Below are positions 41,120 to 53,656 of a stretch of 64,000 bases of DNA, one piece after another. Under the pieces are notes generated by a model. The model was not told where the DNA came from. It made no database searches and saw nothing but the letters and a program-made list of their open reading frames with translations. Location of the stretch: the NCBI GenBank assembly GCA_020137815.1, contig CM035353.1, positions 3,410,001 to 3,474,000 of the forward strand, in the 5' to 3' direction. Both the position numbers and the translations under genes were made by a program. Numbering within the stretch: the first letter of the stretch is position 1; each line of letters begins with the position of its first letter. Origin of the DNA: Hormiphora californensis. Lineage: Eukaryota > Animalia > Ctenophora.

Positions 41120-42075
41120 ATACACTCATGATACACTCATGACACACTCATGATACACTCATGAGCGCTCATGAGAGGAACGGACAGGTTCTTCCGACTT
41201 ACCCGCTGCTTTTTATGAAGCGCGCGCGGCATTCCTGATTCGATCGTCATCATTTTTAACTTCAGCATTTTTGACTTCAGTCTTTTGACTTTTTTATTCC
41301 ACGTGGATGTTGCAGTTTGAATCGTGTTCTAATCTAATGAGCATACTCGGAAATGTCGACCGATTTCTATTTTGGTGCTACTAAATCCATTTCTTTCAGA
41401 TTTCCCCCGAGTGTTTGGCACATTGCATCGCCCATGATCGCCAATATCGGCCAGCTTATAATTATCGTAGTAACTAATGAAATATTAGTTAGTCATGCCC
41501 TTTGTTTTTGGAAGTTTTAACCTGGCGTTAGGCATAGAAACAAACATTTAGGGCATTATTTTATTAGGGCATTCTCTGACAAGATGTTTCTCGGAACATC
41601 GGATTTCGGGGTCACTTGTACCTGCATTGCTGCCAACTTAGTGGTTTCACTTCCATGGTCTAGCCTGATTCTGCTCGGTAAAACTCTGCAATCCTCCAAA
41701 AACAATTGCCAATAATCAATGGGTTCTTGTTCCCCGGAAGTACATGATTCGTCTAATTGAAAGACATTATTTCTTGGACAACCTTATATCGAGCAGTCTT
41801 TTTATCTTACAGTTCCCTTTTATTTCTGCACTCTTTGCCAGAGACAGAGTTATGAGGTTAGTGAACTGCTGATATATATTCAAAGTCACCATCGTCCATC
41901 CAATTAAAACACGTCTCGTTTATTACCCATTTAAACTTACAATTTATATAATATAAAACTTACTATAACTATGCAAGCATTTAATGTTGTGACACACAAG
42001 CTAGAGCCATCATTGACGCCATCATTGACGCCATCATTGACGCCATCAAGAGTTTCTGCATCTTCTTCCCTGAAT

Positions 42076-43070
42076 CAAGATTTACAAGATTTACAAGATT
42101 TACAAGATTTTTTACAGATTTACAAATAAGTTTCAGTTACAATACACTATCATAACAACGCACTCAGCAAAAGCATCCGCGTGGGCATTGATGTGGCATG
42201 GAAAGGTGAAGGAGTGAGGTGAGGGATGAAACCTAACTACCTTCCGTGAGTAGGGCCACAAGAGAGTTGTCCCGGGGGCTGGAGTATCCTCTTACTGGGG
42301 GTAGATCAGGGATAGTCGCAAGGAACTCTCCAAGCTTAATCTTCACGATCTCGACAGATTTGGCAAGACGAACTTCAGCGGGCATTCTATTAAATAACTG
42401 TGCTGTCCTGGGTTTTCCCTCGTCAGGGTTATCGTCCCTCTTCCCTTGGGTCATAGGAAAACTGAACTTCCTCTCACTAGACCCGCTAGTGGTCCAGCCT
42501 CTCCGTCAGTTCCAGATAAGGTTTCAACTTTGAAGTTCTTAATACATCCGAAACAAACCCACACGAAGCCAGGCACGGTCAGGGCTTGGTGGGACATTAC
42601 CTGGTCACAGTCGTGACTACCACCTCCACAGCTTGCACATCGAAGTTTCGGCGTGGATCCTCTTTCTAGCGTGTATTGCTGGTTACAGGCTGAGCATTGT
42701 TGAGGAAACATTCCCTCGATAGCCATTATTATCCAGTCAACTAGAGTTTCTCGTGACCTGTACATAGGCTGGCCTGCATCATTTAGAGGTTTACCTCCAA
42801 GGAATTATGGCCCATGATTCTCCATCATCTTCTTCAGGGTTTCTTCAATCCATACCTGTATCTGTATAAAGATATACACGCTTTGTGTTAAATCGTTGAT
42901 TACCTTGTGTTAAATCGATATTTGGATACAACGGCTCGTTTGTCTTCATTCCGTGCTCTTTCAGGGCATTCTACTATAAACAGCTGCCCATTCTCCGTTA
43001 TACCGTTGCACGTTCCGGCTAATCAACCGTGTTGCCTAGCATAACACCACACTTAGTCCACTCGAGTTAG
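42076..43070 (-). mobile_element. Internally deleted LINE: PHD-type ORF1 fragment fused to the ORF2 C-terminus and tail
   Basis: CSAC..CASCGGGSHDC..WVCFGC (42451-42765); QLFNRMPAEVR...FLATIPDLP...NSL (42233-42454); (CAAGATTTA)n tail. Confidence 0.75.
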
Positions 43071-43120
43071 GATCGGAAATTTCGCCAGATAACTCGAGCT
43101 TATTAGATTATAAGTTACTA

Positions 43121-43218
43121 CAGTTGGACCCCGATTTAGTGGCCCCCGATTTAGTGGCACCCCGATTTAGTGGCAGGATTTTTTTCCCCGAGGATGCCAC
43201 TAAATCTGGGTCCGACTG
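43121..43218. mobile_element. Short Tc1/pogo-type MITE, same family as 12479-12650
   Basis: TA|CAGTTGGACCCCG...GGGTCCGACTG|TA. Confidence 0.88.
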
Positions 43219-44177
43219 TATTATAATGAGAAATGAAATTAAATGTTATACTGCCCTATGTACGTCAGAATTTAATACTTAAATTAAATTATTATATTAT
43301 ACAATCCATGCTTGGAGTACCACTTATTTTAAAATTTACGTATCACTTACCGTCATCTATCATGGAATTGTCAATGTGTCAACTTCCATCAGTGAACGTC
43401 TTTATACTTATTTTCAAAACGATATGTTTCACCTGAGAATAGTGTCCGAGAATGGTGGGCAAATTAGTTCTCATTATATCCAGGTCAACCCTGTTAACAG
43501 TTCCTGCCTCTACATCAAGTTTCCGGACCTCATTGACAGGTACCAGGGATATTGCATTATATACCACTGTTAGAAGGTTCTAATTTCATGCCTCCCTGGC
43601 CCTTGGATGAGACCGAATATTCTCTGAAATGAGGGGGGAATACCAAATTCATCATAATATTATAAAGGCCGGCATTGTATCACGGATGTGTAACAGATCA
43701 AGATAAAATAATTATTAGAAGCTTGTGCCACTGGGCATCCTGCTTCGTTATCAAGTCAATGTGATACTCGATCAATTTCAGAAATTGCCGCATCTCCGTG
43801 GTTCGTATCATATTTTCCCGGTCGGCCGGGTATGCCTGGCACCCCTTCTCGGCGGTTGTGATTATGCTCACAGTTGTGGTCAACAGAGATTCTTCTTCCT
43901 GTGTGGTCATTTCCTCTTCAGGGAAACATTAGGATAGTAATTTACAAAACCGGATAGTACATGACTCAGCCCATACACTTGCCAGTTCTTCACAGAGATT
44001 AAATTCTGAAAGGCCTCTTTCCTCGGTAGATACTTCCCGATGGCCGTTCCTGCCCGCCCTCAAGCGAAGGATTTTCTGCGATCTGCTTTAGCGGAAAATC
44101 TGGCAGCCAGATTCTGGCTGGTAGGCCCACGACCATATTTTTTCCATAATTATAATGCTATGAGTCTATACATGAGT

Positions 44178-44445
44178 CTATACATGAGAAGCGTTATTAT
44201 GCTATCCCCGCTCTTCCCAGCTGTAATTTGTAGTGGGGCGAGGTCATGTTATTCACTTTGTAGTTGGACCACAGTGTTGTCCAACTGGAATGTGCGTTCT
44301 CCAGCTCCTGCTCGGAGAACATCCCTGAAGGCCTACCCAAGTTATACTCTATAAACTCCTCCAAATACTCCTCATTGATGTGGAACTTTGTGGTGGTGGG
44401 TGTTCCGTAGTAGGCTCTAAGTGTACTTACAAACCTCGTCCATCT
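44178..44445 (-). pseudogene. C-terminal remnant of a CMC/Chapaev-Transib-type DDE transposase
   Basis: Hand translation TKFHINEEYLEEFIEYNLGRPSGMFSEQELENAHSSWTTLWSNYKV...YKLQLGRAGIA fits the recalled KxH...G.FSEQxxExxH pattern. Confidence 0.55.
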
Positions 44446-45468
44446 CTTCGTGCTTCGTGACAGCCGCCGGCCGCCGAGGTAGAAGGTCCTGCTTCGGAGT
44501 CCTGGGGATTTTTCCTTGCCTTGTCTTGATTTCTCCTTGCTGCTCTTTATCCAAATCGCTTATATACTTGTCCCAATGCCGCATCTCTGGTCGTTTTCAT
44601 ATTCAAGATATACTGCAGATCCTCAATCTAAGCATCTGCTTTTCATTATGTCTGTTAGCTTGTGGGCCTGTTCGGCGTTGGTGGTGATTTCCGCCAACTG
44701 CCCTTCCTCCTCCTGTAACACGCGAATTGCAGCTCGCAATGTTCCGATAAGAGGGAACATGATCCCCTTTAATATCTCCTTGTGGTAGTCCCACACTGTT
44801 ATCCGACCCGTTCTTTCCATAGTCAGCTTATAAATGTGGTCCAGGAGCTGAAAAAAATGTTTTTTACTCTACCAAGAAATTTATGGCTATTTAAATAGCT
44901 GCTCATTAATTTTTATCTTGAGGAGGTTCAGACCATCCCCCAAGTCAATCACCCGAATAGCAGTGCTTGGTGGATGGGTCCTGTTTGTAGGGAGCTGCTG
45001 CCAGTGCCTGTAGAGGAGTTGTTGGTGGGTCTGGGGGGAGATGTTGGAGGTCCCCTGTTGTTTTCCTCGGTGCTCACGCTCCTAAACGAAATTGCCATAG
45101 TAGAGTAAGCCTTTGGTGGGCGCTCCAATTGAGTGTAGGGGAAAACGAGTTTGATAACCCGGTTATGTACACTCTCCCTGTCTTTAACAGTAGGCCCCTT
45201 GATTATCGGGGGCCGTAGGAGTGGAGGGAAGGTGACTGGGAATCTAGACAGGAGCTTGAGTTTCCTTACCTCTTCCCGGATTCTGTGAATAGGTATAAAT
45301 GTTAGCTTTAGATTAGATGGGTGGTCAATGACTGTTGGACTAGAGGTGTTTGTTTGTTGGATTAGTGGTGAAAACCCGAGATTATTGTTAATTGTTACCA
45401 CTTACCGATTGAGGGAGGGAACGTTGTACCCTAAGCCTGGTGTCTCAACAAGTGGGATCTTCTTTTAA

Positions 45469-46327
45469 AGGGTCAGTGCACAGGGTGAACTTGGGTTGTG
45501 TTCCCAGTGGTGCTCGATTGCTTAACGTTCAAATTGAATTGGCCGTTCAAAAAAGCGTTGCCGTTGGAAAATTTCAGGAAAAAAATGTAAAATTCATGTG
45601 CGGGATTTGAACCCGGTACCTTGCGTGTGGTAAGTATGGCGCCTTAGCCACTCGGCCACATCGGAGATGTAGATTGTCGTTTTTTAACGGCTTTATACCT
45701 TATTCGTGTCACTAATACTCACTAAACCTATGAAATCAATTGACTCTATCTTACCGATCTACCGCCTATATACGGTTCTAAACTGTTCATTAGACCACAC
45801 TTAGTCACAAATGGGGTTTGGTTTTTGTTGTTTTGAATTTTAACTCATCAAATAAGCCATTTTGTCAAATTTTGACTAAGTCTCACTAGTAGACCTATGA
45901 AATCAATTGACTCTATCTTACCGATCTACCGCCTATCTACGGTTCTAAACTGTTCATTAGACCACACTTAGTCACAAATGGGGTTTGGTTTTGGTTGTTT
46001 TGAATTTTAACTCATCAAATAAGCCATTTTGTCAAATTTTGACTAAGTCTCACTAGTAGACCTATGAAATCAATTGACTCTATCTTACCGATCTACCGCC
46101 TATCTACGGTGCTAAACTGTTCATTAGACCACACTTAGTCACAAATGGGGCTTGGTTTATGTTATTGTGAATTTTGCCGTTCAGATGAGCTATTTTCTTC
46201 AAATTTTGCCGTTCAAAATATTTCGATAGAGTTAAGATTTTTAATCGAGCACCACTGGGGTTGTGTTGAGTCTCACACCAAGGAGACTCAACACAACCCA
46301 AGTTCACACTGTGCACTGACCCGACCC
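45469..46327. mobile_element. Kolobok-like non-autonomous element (TTAA-flanked) with an internal 167-bp tandem repeat
   Basis: TTAA at 45465-45468 and 46328-46331; TIR GGGTCAGTGCACAG.GTGAACTTGGGTTGTGTT; CCTATGAAAT recurs at 45727, 45894 and 46061. Confidence 0.7.
45597..45664 (-). other. tRNA-derived (SINE-head or pseudo-tRNA) sequence inside the TIR element
   Basis: A box TGGCCGAGTGG and B box GGTTCAAATCC; the anticodon arm does not pair well. Confidence 0.6.
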
Positions 46328-47029
46328 TTAATATATTTTATTAAAATTATTAAAATTATTAACATACGTTGTAGCGTAAGCGTAAGAATGCTCATGCTCG
46401 TTCTGTCTGGAGTAACACGGTTGTGACAAATATTGCGGTGAAAGTTCCACTCTCTCCGCTCATAATGTGTGGAATTATCAGACTTATCGCGGCCATTCCC
46501 TCGTCTCCATCCTCCAGTTTCCAGCTGTGTGACCGCACATGGTTCTTATTGAACTACGTCTCGTCAGTGTAGTATACTTTTCGACCTTCCCAACGGTATG
46601 TTTCCTGGGGGCATGTTGGGTTCCGTGTCCGCTGTAATTATAATGAGGGACCTTCCCTACGGTATGTTTAGTTTGTTCTCGATCGGCATCTCCTTCCTTC
46701 ATTCATGCAAAGGATGTAAGGTAACGATGTTATATTATACTTTTCATCAAACTTTTCATACCGGGCCTTTGTGAACAAAAACGGGATCACAAACAATTTT
46801 GACTGGATCAGTGGTGGATAGTTCCTTCTCATCTCCAGATCGTTAAAAGTCGTGGTCTCCTTAATGCTGTCTTTCGTGTATCTTTCTCCCAGTCTCCCAC
46901 CCTTGATCTCAAAGCAAAATTTCAGCAAAATAGTTAAACTATGTGTTATATAAGATATAAGATTATAATTGCTTCTTTAATTGTTGAGATGAATAACTAA
47001 GGAATGTAATTTACAGAGGAAGAAGATAA

Positions 47030-47452
47030 TTAATAGCTGATAAACAACATTATATATATAACTGATGTGTACCACCCACACACCCGGCACTTCACCATCT
47101 CATGGACGTGCCGCGAGGGCACGTCATGATAGGCGGAGTGGCCGGGTGTCTGGGTGGCACAGTCCACGGCTCCCTCCTGCAGTTCCGTCTGCGTCCCGGC
47201 CTGCATCATCCTCCCGGGACCCGGGTTGACAGAGGTAGGGGTTGTCCTCCCCCTACCTCTGCCGAATCCTCCAGTTCTTCCCCCCGTCACCGTTCCCTCC
47301 TCTGCTGCCGTTGTTCCCCTTGACGCCATCTGTGGTTGTGCCTGGGTTCCCCGGTCCTTCAACTCCATTTGTGTCTGGGCCTGGGTTCCCCGGTCCGTCG
47401 ACTCCACCCTTTTGGCTCTAACCCCAAACAATCCGAAGAAGAACTTAATCAT
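47030..47452 (-). CDS. 140-aa hypothetical protein with repeated (G/A)TQ(T/A) LC8-binding-like motifs
   Basis: DRGTQA twice, QAQTQM, QAGTQTE, DCATQTP; acceptor-like tttatag 10 nt before the ATG; related short ORFs at 49758-49850 and 50953-51123. Confidence 0.45.
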   Translation of the reverse strand: MIKFFFGLFGVRAKRVESTDRGTQAQTQMELKDRGTQAQPQMASRGTTAAEEGTVTGGRTGGFGRGRGRTTPTSVNPGPGRMMQAGTQTELQEGAVDCATQTPGHSAYHDVPSRHVHEMVKCRVCGWYTSVIYIMLFISY

Positions 47453-47739
47453 GGTTGCCCGCCTATAAACAAGTCGTCCAATATTAGTTTCTAATTGTCC
47501 AGCCTTGTGATGATTTGTTTACGCGCGCACACAATCCGTACCAAATCCGCCAGCAATGGTCCTACACAGTAATAATAGGTCCCCCTGCTGCCAGCCGCCT
47601 GCTGACCTCCGCCTGCTGCCTTCCGTCTGCTGCCTTCCGTCTGCTGGTGTTCTTCCCCCTATTATACTTTCTTGAATTTACACATGTTGCCTATATGACC
47701 GTACCACCCACACACCCGGCACTTCACCATCTCATGGAT

Positions 47740-47851
47740 GGACGAATTTAGCTATTATTACTCAGCCTACCATGACGTGCCCTCGTGTCACATCCGGACG
47801 TGCCGTGAGGGCACTTCATGGTAGGCTGAGTAATAATAGCTAAATTCGTCC
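47740..47851. mobile_element. 112-bp palindrome (foldback MITE-like); second copy at 51390-51501
   Basis: 44-bp arms GACGAATTTAGC...GTGCCCTC; near-palindromic centre TCCGGA; flanked by a CATGGAT direct repeat. Confidence 0.8.
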
Positions 47852-49047
47852 CATGGATATTATAAACGTCTCTTGAGAAGGTCAGACCATTCTTTTACAA
47901 CAGTGGACTTCTCTGGTCGTAGGATTTCTTAATTAAATTAATCTTTAAACAATATATACAAATTGAAACACTTTAGGTTGCTGGATACTTCGTCCATCTA
48001 CAGGGTCAGAATGAAACGTCTCTTCATCGATGACTACTGCAGCAGTTTGTGATGACACTCCTTTTGATCTCGAATTGTGTAACTGATCGTACACTATTTC
48101 CCTGATTGCCCTCGGTGGTATTTTCCACGTATCACTCACAGCCACCACCAGCGAGTCAGTGAATTTCGAGTCTAATTGGGCCCTCCCCGAGTATAGTTCT
48201 TCCCCTTGATGGGTTTTATGGCCCCCCTATCTCTTTCCTCCTGGGTTAACCGTCTTTCCAGTTCCTGCCTCACAAACACCGGTGTAAAGTTGATATTGTG
48301 AATGTAATTCACTATTCAATAATTAAGAGTAAGACAAGACATAGCTTGATATATATATTATATATACCTTTCCAACGGGTCACTGAAGATTACAGTATCC
48401 AGGAAATCAAAATATTCCCTGAAGAGAATCCAGGTACCTGGATCCCTATATTCGCCAGATTGATCTATCTTAGAGCTTCCATAAGCAGGAGGCTACCCCA
48501 TTCCAACTCGCCCACAAGATTTTGGTCGCATTGAAACCAAAGCGAAAACCTCTTCAGTATTATCAACAGGCACTGAAACATCAATGAAATTTTATCGATT
48601 CAGTCAACAAGCTATCAGAGCAGCCCATGGATCCTTGGATCAGCTGGGACGCTAAACCTACAGGGGCTAAAGTCTTGAACATCTCTGCTCCGTGAACACT
48701 CACGCAATGTTTTTCCCTATTTTTGCGACAACAAACCTTTATGAATTTGAACCGAGTTTTCCACGTGTGATCCTTCAGGATCTTTAAATAGCCCCTGGCT
48801 TTTTCGGCCCTTGCCTTTTCAGCCGGAGTCGTTCCAACCATCATTATAAAAGATCATAAATCACCATATTTTATGAAGTAAATATATTTTAGGTATCTAC
48901 TGTAATATTTGATAACTCATTCTTAAATATACGTAAATTAACGTATCTTGAGAAGAGATAGTATTTGTAAAAATGTTTTGAATAAATATAATATTAAAAT
49001 GAATGGACAATGGTCCCCCCTATAGTCTCTGGAAAGTGGAAGGTGGT

Positions 49048-49707
49048 TCACGGTACCCGCCACGTATCTTCCTCTTGAGTCCGGATATGTCCGTCGAATG
49101 AACAGCATGGTGCATCAATTGGAAGTGCCAACCTTGAAGAACCACGGAGGTCACACCACGCAACTAACCATTTATAGGCAGCATGCCTCATCAACCGTCG
49201 CCACTTATCAGTGTATTTCTTGGGCATCTTCTTCTTCTTGTCCATGATGATTGCCGTTACTGATAGAGCACCCCTGGACTTGACCAGTTTTTTCACCTTT
49301 TCGCTTTTCGCCAGACATCTCTTTAACTCAGTGTCCCAGGAGCCAAACCCATGACAACAAACTTTTGTGATTCGGCTGCCAATACCGCATGGGTCATCGT
49401 GACGTACATCATGACAGCCCCCGTCACATTTGCATTCGTCTTCCGGCTCACTTTCAAAATCAGAAGTATCTGGGGCAGGCTCATTATCCCCTTCTACCGC
49501 GGAATCGGCAGACGACCTTGCTGGATCTTCATCCCACGGTTCGTCGACTTCGTTCTCGTGTAGTTCCAATTCTTCATCCAGGCCTAGATTCACGGCTTTG
49601 TTCTGGTTTAGTTCCTTTCCTACATTCCCGCTCAAATCCACGTCAGATGTGTCTCCTGCTGACGCACACGGCCTAAAAGTATCTAGGCTGCGCTGCAACC
49701 ATCTCAA
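49048..49707 (-). pseudogene. KolX / P2X7 cytoplasmic-ballast-like protein (Kolobok accessory ORF), frameshifted near the C-terminus
   Basis: Acidic linker, then ECKCDGGC..VCC..C..RLMRHAAYKWLVAW..RLALP, and in another frame IRRTYPDSRGRYV. This matches the recalled ballast pattern C.CG.C..CC..R..AY..W..R..LP..IR..(F/Y)P..Y. Confidence 0.7.
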
Positions 49708-51636
49708 ATTGTTGAGATGAATAACTAAGGAATGTAATTTACAGATGAAGAAGATAATTAATAGCTGATAAACAACAGATATAACTGATGTGGCCGTACC
49801 ACCCAGACACCCGGTCTGATTCCGAATAGTCCAAAGAATAACTTTAACATGATTGCCCGCTTAGAAACATGGACGACTAGGAGGCACCATAGTATCATAT
49901 TAATTCATGATTGGTTAGACACGGGAGCCATTCAGCAATCTCTCCAGCGCTATACGTCGTATTTATCGTGCCCCCGGATCCTTGGGGACCCACTGCCTCC
50001 TGTTTAGGACTGGGATTACAGGGAGCTGGCTCTTTCCGAGTCAATATCTTATAAATCATGACTCGGCGTTGTCAATACTAATTTTTACGGTTCTTAAACA
50101 AAAGGTTTGTGATTTAGTATCAATACCTGACAATGGGTCAGCGCTCTCTCCATTTCTGCTTTTCTCCTCCTAATATCCATCTCTCTGTCTTGGAAGGTTG
50201 ACTGGATGGGGGAGAGACTCGCCTCCTCTTCTCGTCACAGGAGGTGCCATGCCTGGCGCTGCTCGGCTGGCTGTTGTCTGGGTTGAGTCTCACACCAAGG
50301 AGACTCAACACCCTGTGCACTGACCCGACCCTTAATATATTTTATTAAAATTATTTAAATTATTAACATACGTTGTAGCGTAAGCGTAAGAATGCTCATG
50401 CTCGTTCTGTCTGGAGTAACACGGTTGTGACAAATATTGCGGTGAAAGTTCCACTCTCCGCTCATAATGTGTGGAATTATCAGACTTATCGCAGCCATTC
50501 CCTCGTCTCCATCCTCCAGTTTCCAGCTGTGTGACCGCACATGGTTCTTATTGAACCACGTCTCGTCATTGTAGTATATTTTTCGACCTTCCCTACGGTA
50601 TGTTTAGTTTGTTCTTGATCGGCATCTCCTTCCTTCATTAATGCAAAGGATGTAATGTGACGATGTTATATTACATTTAATCAAACGTTTCATTCTGGAA
50701 TGACAAACAGCTTTGACTGCATTATATTACATATGTTATGGATCAGTGGTGGATAGTTCCTTCTCATCTCCAGATCGTTAAAAGTCGTGGTCTCCTTAAT
50801 GCTGTCTTTCGTGTATCTTTCTCCCAGTCTCCCACCCTTGATCTCAAAGCAAAATTTCAGCAAAATAGTTAAACTATGTGTTATATAAGATATAAGATTG
50901 TAATTGCTTCTTTAATTGTTGAGATGAATAACTAAGGAGTAAGGAATGTAATTTACAGAGGAAGAAGATAATTAATAGCTGATAAACAACATATATATAA
51001 CTGATGTGTACCACTTTGGTCTCTGTTTCCGCCTGTGTTCCCCTGTAGCTCAGACTGTGTTCCCTGACTGTTGACCCTTATCCTCGGTCTTAGCCCCAAG
51101 ATGCTATACAGGAACTTGATCATGCCTATAAATAAGTTGTCCCATATTAGCTTCTAATTTTCCACCCTAGTGATGATTTGTGTACGCGCGCGCACAATCC
51201 TCACCAAATCCGCCAGCAATGGTCCTACACAGTAATAATAGGTCCCCCCTGCTGCCAGCCGCCTGCTGCCTTCCGTCTGCTGCCTTCCGTCTGCTGGTGT
51301 TCTTCCCCCTATTATACTTTCTTGAATTTACACATGTTGCCTATATGACCGTACCACCCACACACCCGGCACTTCACCATCTCATGGATGGACGAATTTA
51401 GCTATTATTACTCAGCCTACCATGACGTGCCCTCGTGTCACATCCGGACGTGCCGTGAGGGCACGTCATGGTAGGCTGAGTAATAATAGCTAAATTCGTC
51501 CCATGGCTATTATAAACGTCTCTTGAGAAGGTCAGACCATTCTTTTACAACAGTGGACTTCTCTGGGCGTAGGATTCCTTAATTAAATAACTCTTTAAAC
51601 AATATATACAAATTGAAACACTTATTCAACCCATGA

Positions 51637-51983
51637 TGTTTCTACATATATATATTCTGCACATCTTCCTTTACTATTTTACTTGATACACAGTATCTTG
51701 CAGCAATAAATAAGTAATAACAGATACAGATACTAGATATATCACACTACAGCTCAGTCTTTTACTCAGTCTCTGCAGCTTTTATACGTCCAGTGCACAT
51801 CAGCCACGTGTCCTGCTGCAGACCACACCTCCTTCTTCTCTCCCACTTCTATCGCCTTCTTCTACCCCATCTGTAGCTGTTCTCTGGTCATGGGAGGGTT
51901 AGTGCAGTTCACAAAGAATAAAAGAATGCAGATCTTTCATCCTTTATGTATTAATTAGCAGCAGTGCTAAATACTACGAGACA
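51637..51983 (-). mobile_element. Candidate LTR (347 bp)
   Basis: TGT...ACA ends; G-rich tract AGGGCGGGCCGGAA immediately upstream on the minus strand; TATAAAAG inside; no partner LTR found. Confidence 0.35.
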
Positions 51984-53656
51984 TTCCGGCCCGCCCTAAC
52001 TCTAACATATATATATATGCGCCGGCAATATACTACACTAATAAACTAATAAATTATCGGTAATCTATGTTAGGGTCGCTGGCCCTCTACCCTATGCAGT
52101 TATCGTGGTATCCAATGGCTCAGGCCACTGGATACCGCAAGAAAAGTATGGGTTATTGACAGGGCATTTGGGGTTAATGACACAAAGAAGAGACACGTGA
52201 TAGTAGTTATAAAATGTTTTTAAAAATAATGTGATTAAAAATAAAGTAATAGGGAGGTCCCCCCTGCTGTCGGGCGTCGGCTGCCTCCTCCTCTGACCTC
52301 CTCTGCTCCCCTCCTACTTCCTGTTGTGCTCCCCCCTATTGAGCCCTCCTAAACGTATCTTGAGAAGGTCAGACCATTCTTTTACAACAGTGGACTTCTC
52401 TAGGCGTAGGATTCCTTAATTAAATTAATACTCTTTAAATAATACAAATTGAAACACTTTAGATTTACTTATTACTTACTAGATTTACCGGCGCTCTGGA
52501 TCAAAGAGTCCGTGAAGACTGAATCGAGTGTAGTGCGGTCCGATGATAGCTGACGCCCAGTGTAGGGCTTCAGTGATGAACCTAGCAACACCGTCCTCAA
52601 CTGGTCGGTATCTGGCCATTTTGCCAATAACAGTATCCTATAAGGGATAAATTGCATTTAGACAATGATAATACGGTGCGGCGACGGCCACGAGAGTGCT
52701 CGACCGGGTGTAGACTGTAGAGGGAGCTGGATACAAATTGAAACACTTAAGGTTGTGGCAAACATATGTTTCATGATGTCAATTAAATTATATACACCAA
52801 TCATCAGTGCTCAATAAATAGTTTTACGCCGCCCCATATTGTAAATACTATACACTATTATATTTCGGTTTCATCATCTGCCTCCTGTAGAACACTACGT
52901 CATCGGAGTGGAATTAGGAGTAGCAACAGACTGGCGTAGAGAGCAGTCTAGGGCTGTAGATGTTGGAGCCAATATATTTAGTTTCTCCCTTAGAAAGAGA
53001 CAAACTTTTTTTAACTTTTCTTCGTAGCCGAGGAATGTTGATAATTCTAATGAAATTCTAAAATGAAATTAATCTTCATGTAATTCATTGCGTTTCGTCT
53101 TTTTCTTAATTATCTAATCCAACTGTGCGTGGTATTGGCGAATTTGGGTCATCTGATCGCCACCAGATTGTGTGTTGGGACAGTTGGATTTCCCACAATT
53201 GAATATCTTACTGCCATCAATGATAATTATAAGAAGTATATTTTTCCAACTATTCGTTGAACTGAGGAGAGCTGAGGCGAAAGTACAGGAGGTCATATAG
53301 TTTAACTAAAGGGGCAAATCTGAAAAAACAAGCGTCGAGAGAAGATGAAGGGAAGAGAGATATGTAAGGGGGACAGGAGAGTGAGAGATGGTGAGAAAGA
53401 GGGTGGGAGAGAAACAATATTCTAATACTGGCCACGGAGGCAGACTGTCGCCTTGATAAATAGTCGACTCAACAAAGTACAAACATATTCGGTCAAATTA
53501 ACAACGGATTTTCTAACATTATGTTCAACGAAGAAGAAGGGGAGAAACTATTATTAGAGGGTAGAACGAGGTAGGGTAGAACCTACCCAGTACCCTACTA
53601 TTAGAGAGGATAGAACGAGGGAGAAATAATCTTTCAAAGAGGAGAGCGAGGTAGGG

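Larger units (their letters stand above)
33670..41203. mobile_element. Merlin-like palindromic MITE (TCATGAG arrays, TTAGGG-like repeats) hosting two nested insertions
   Basis: TIR GGTAAGTCGGAAGAACCTGTCCGTTCCTCTCATGAG; perfect 8-bp TSD CGCTGCTT (33662-33669 and 41204-41211). Confidence 0.88.

Noticed and set aside
45597-45664. Functional tRNA gene (also 23450-23515)
   Set aside because: Box motifs are present, but the acceptor and anticodon stems do not pair and both lie inside TIR elements.
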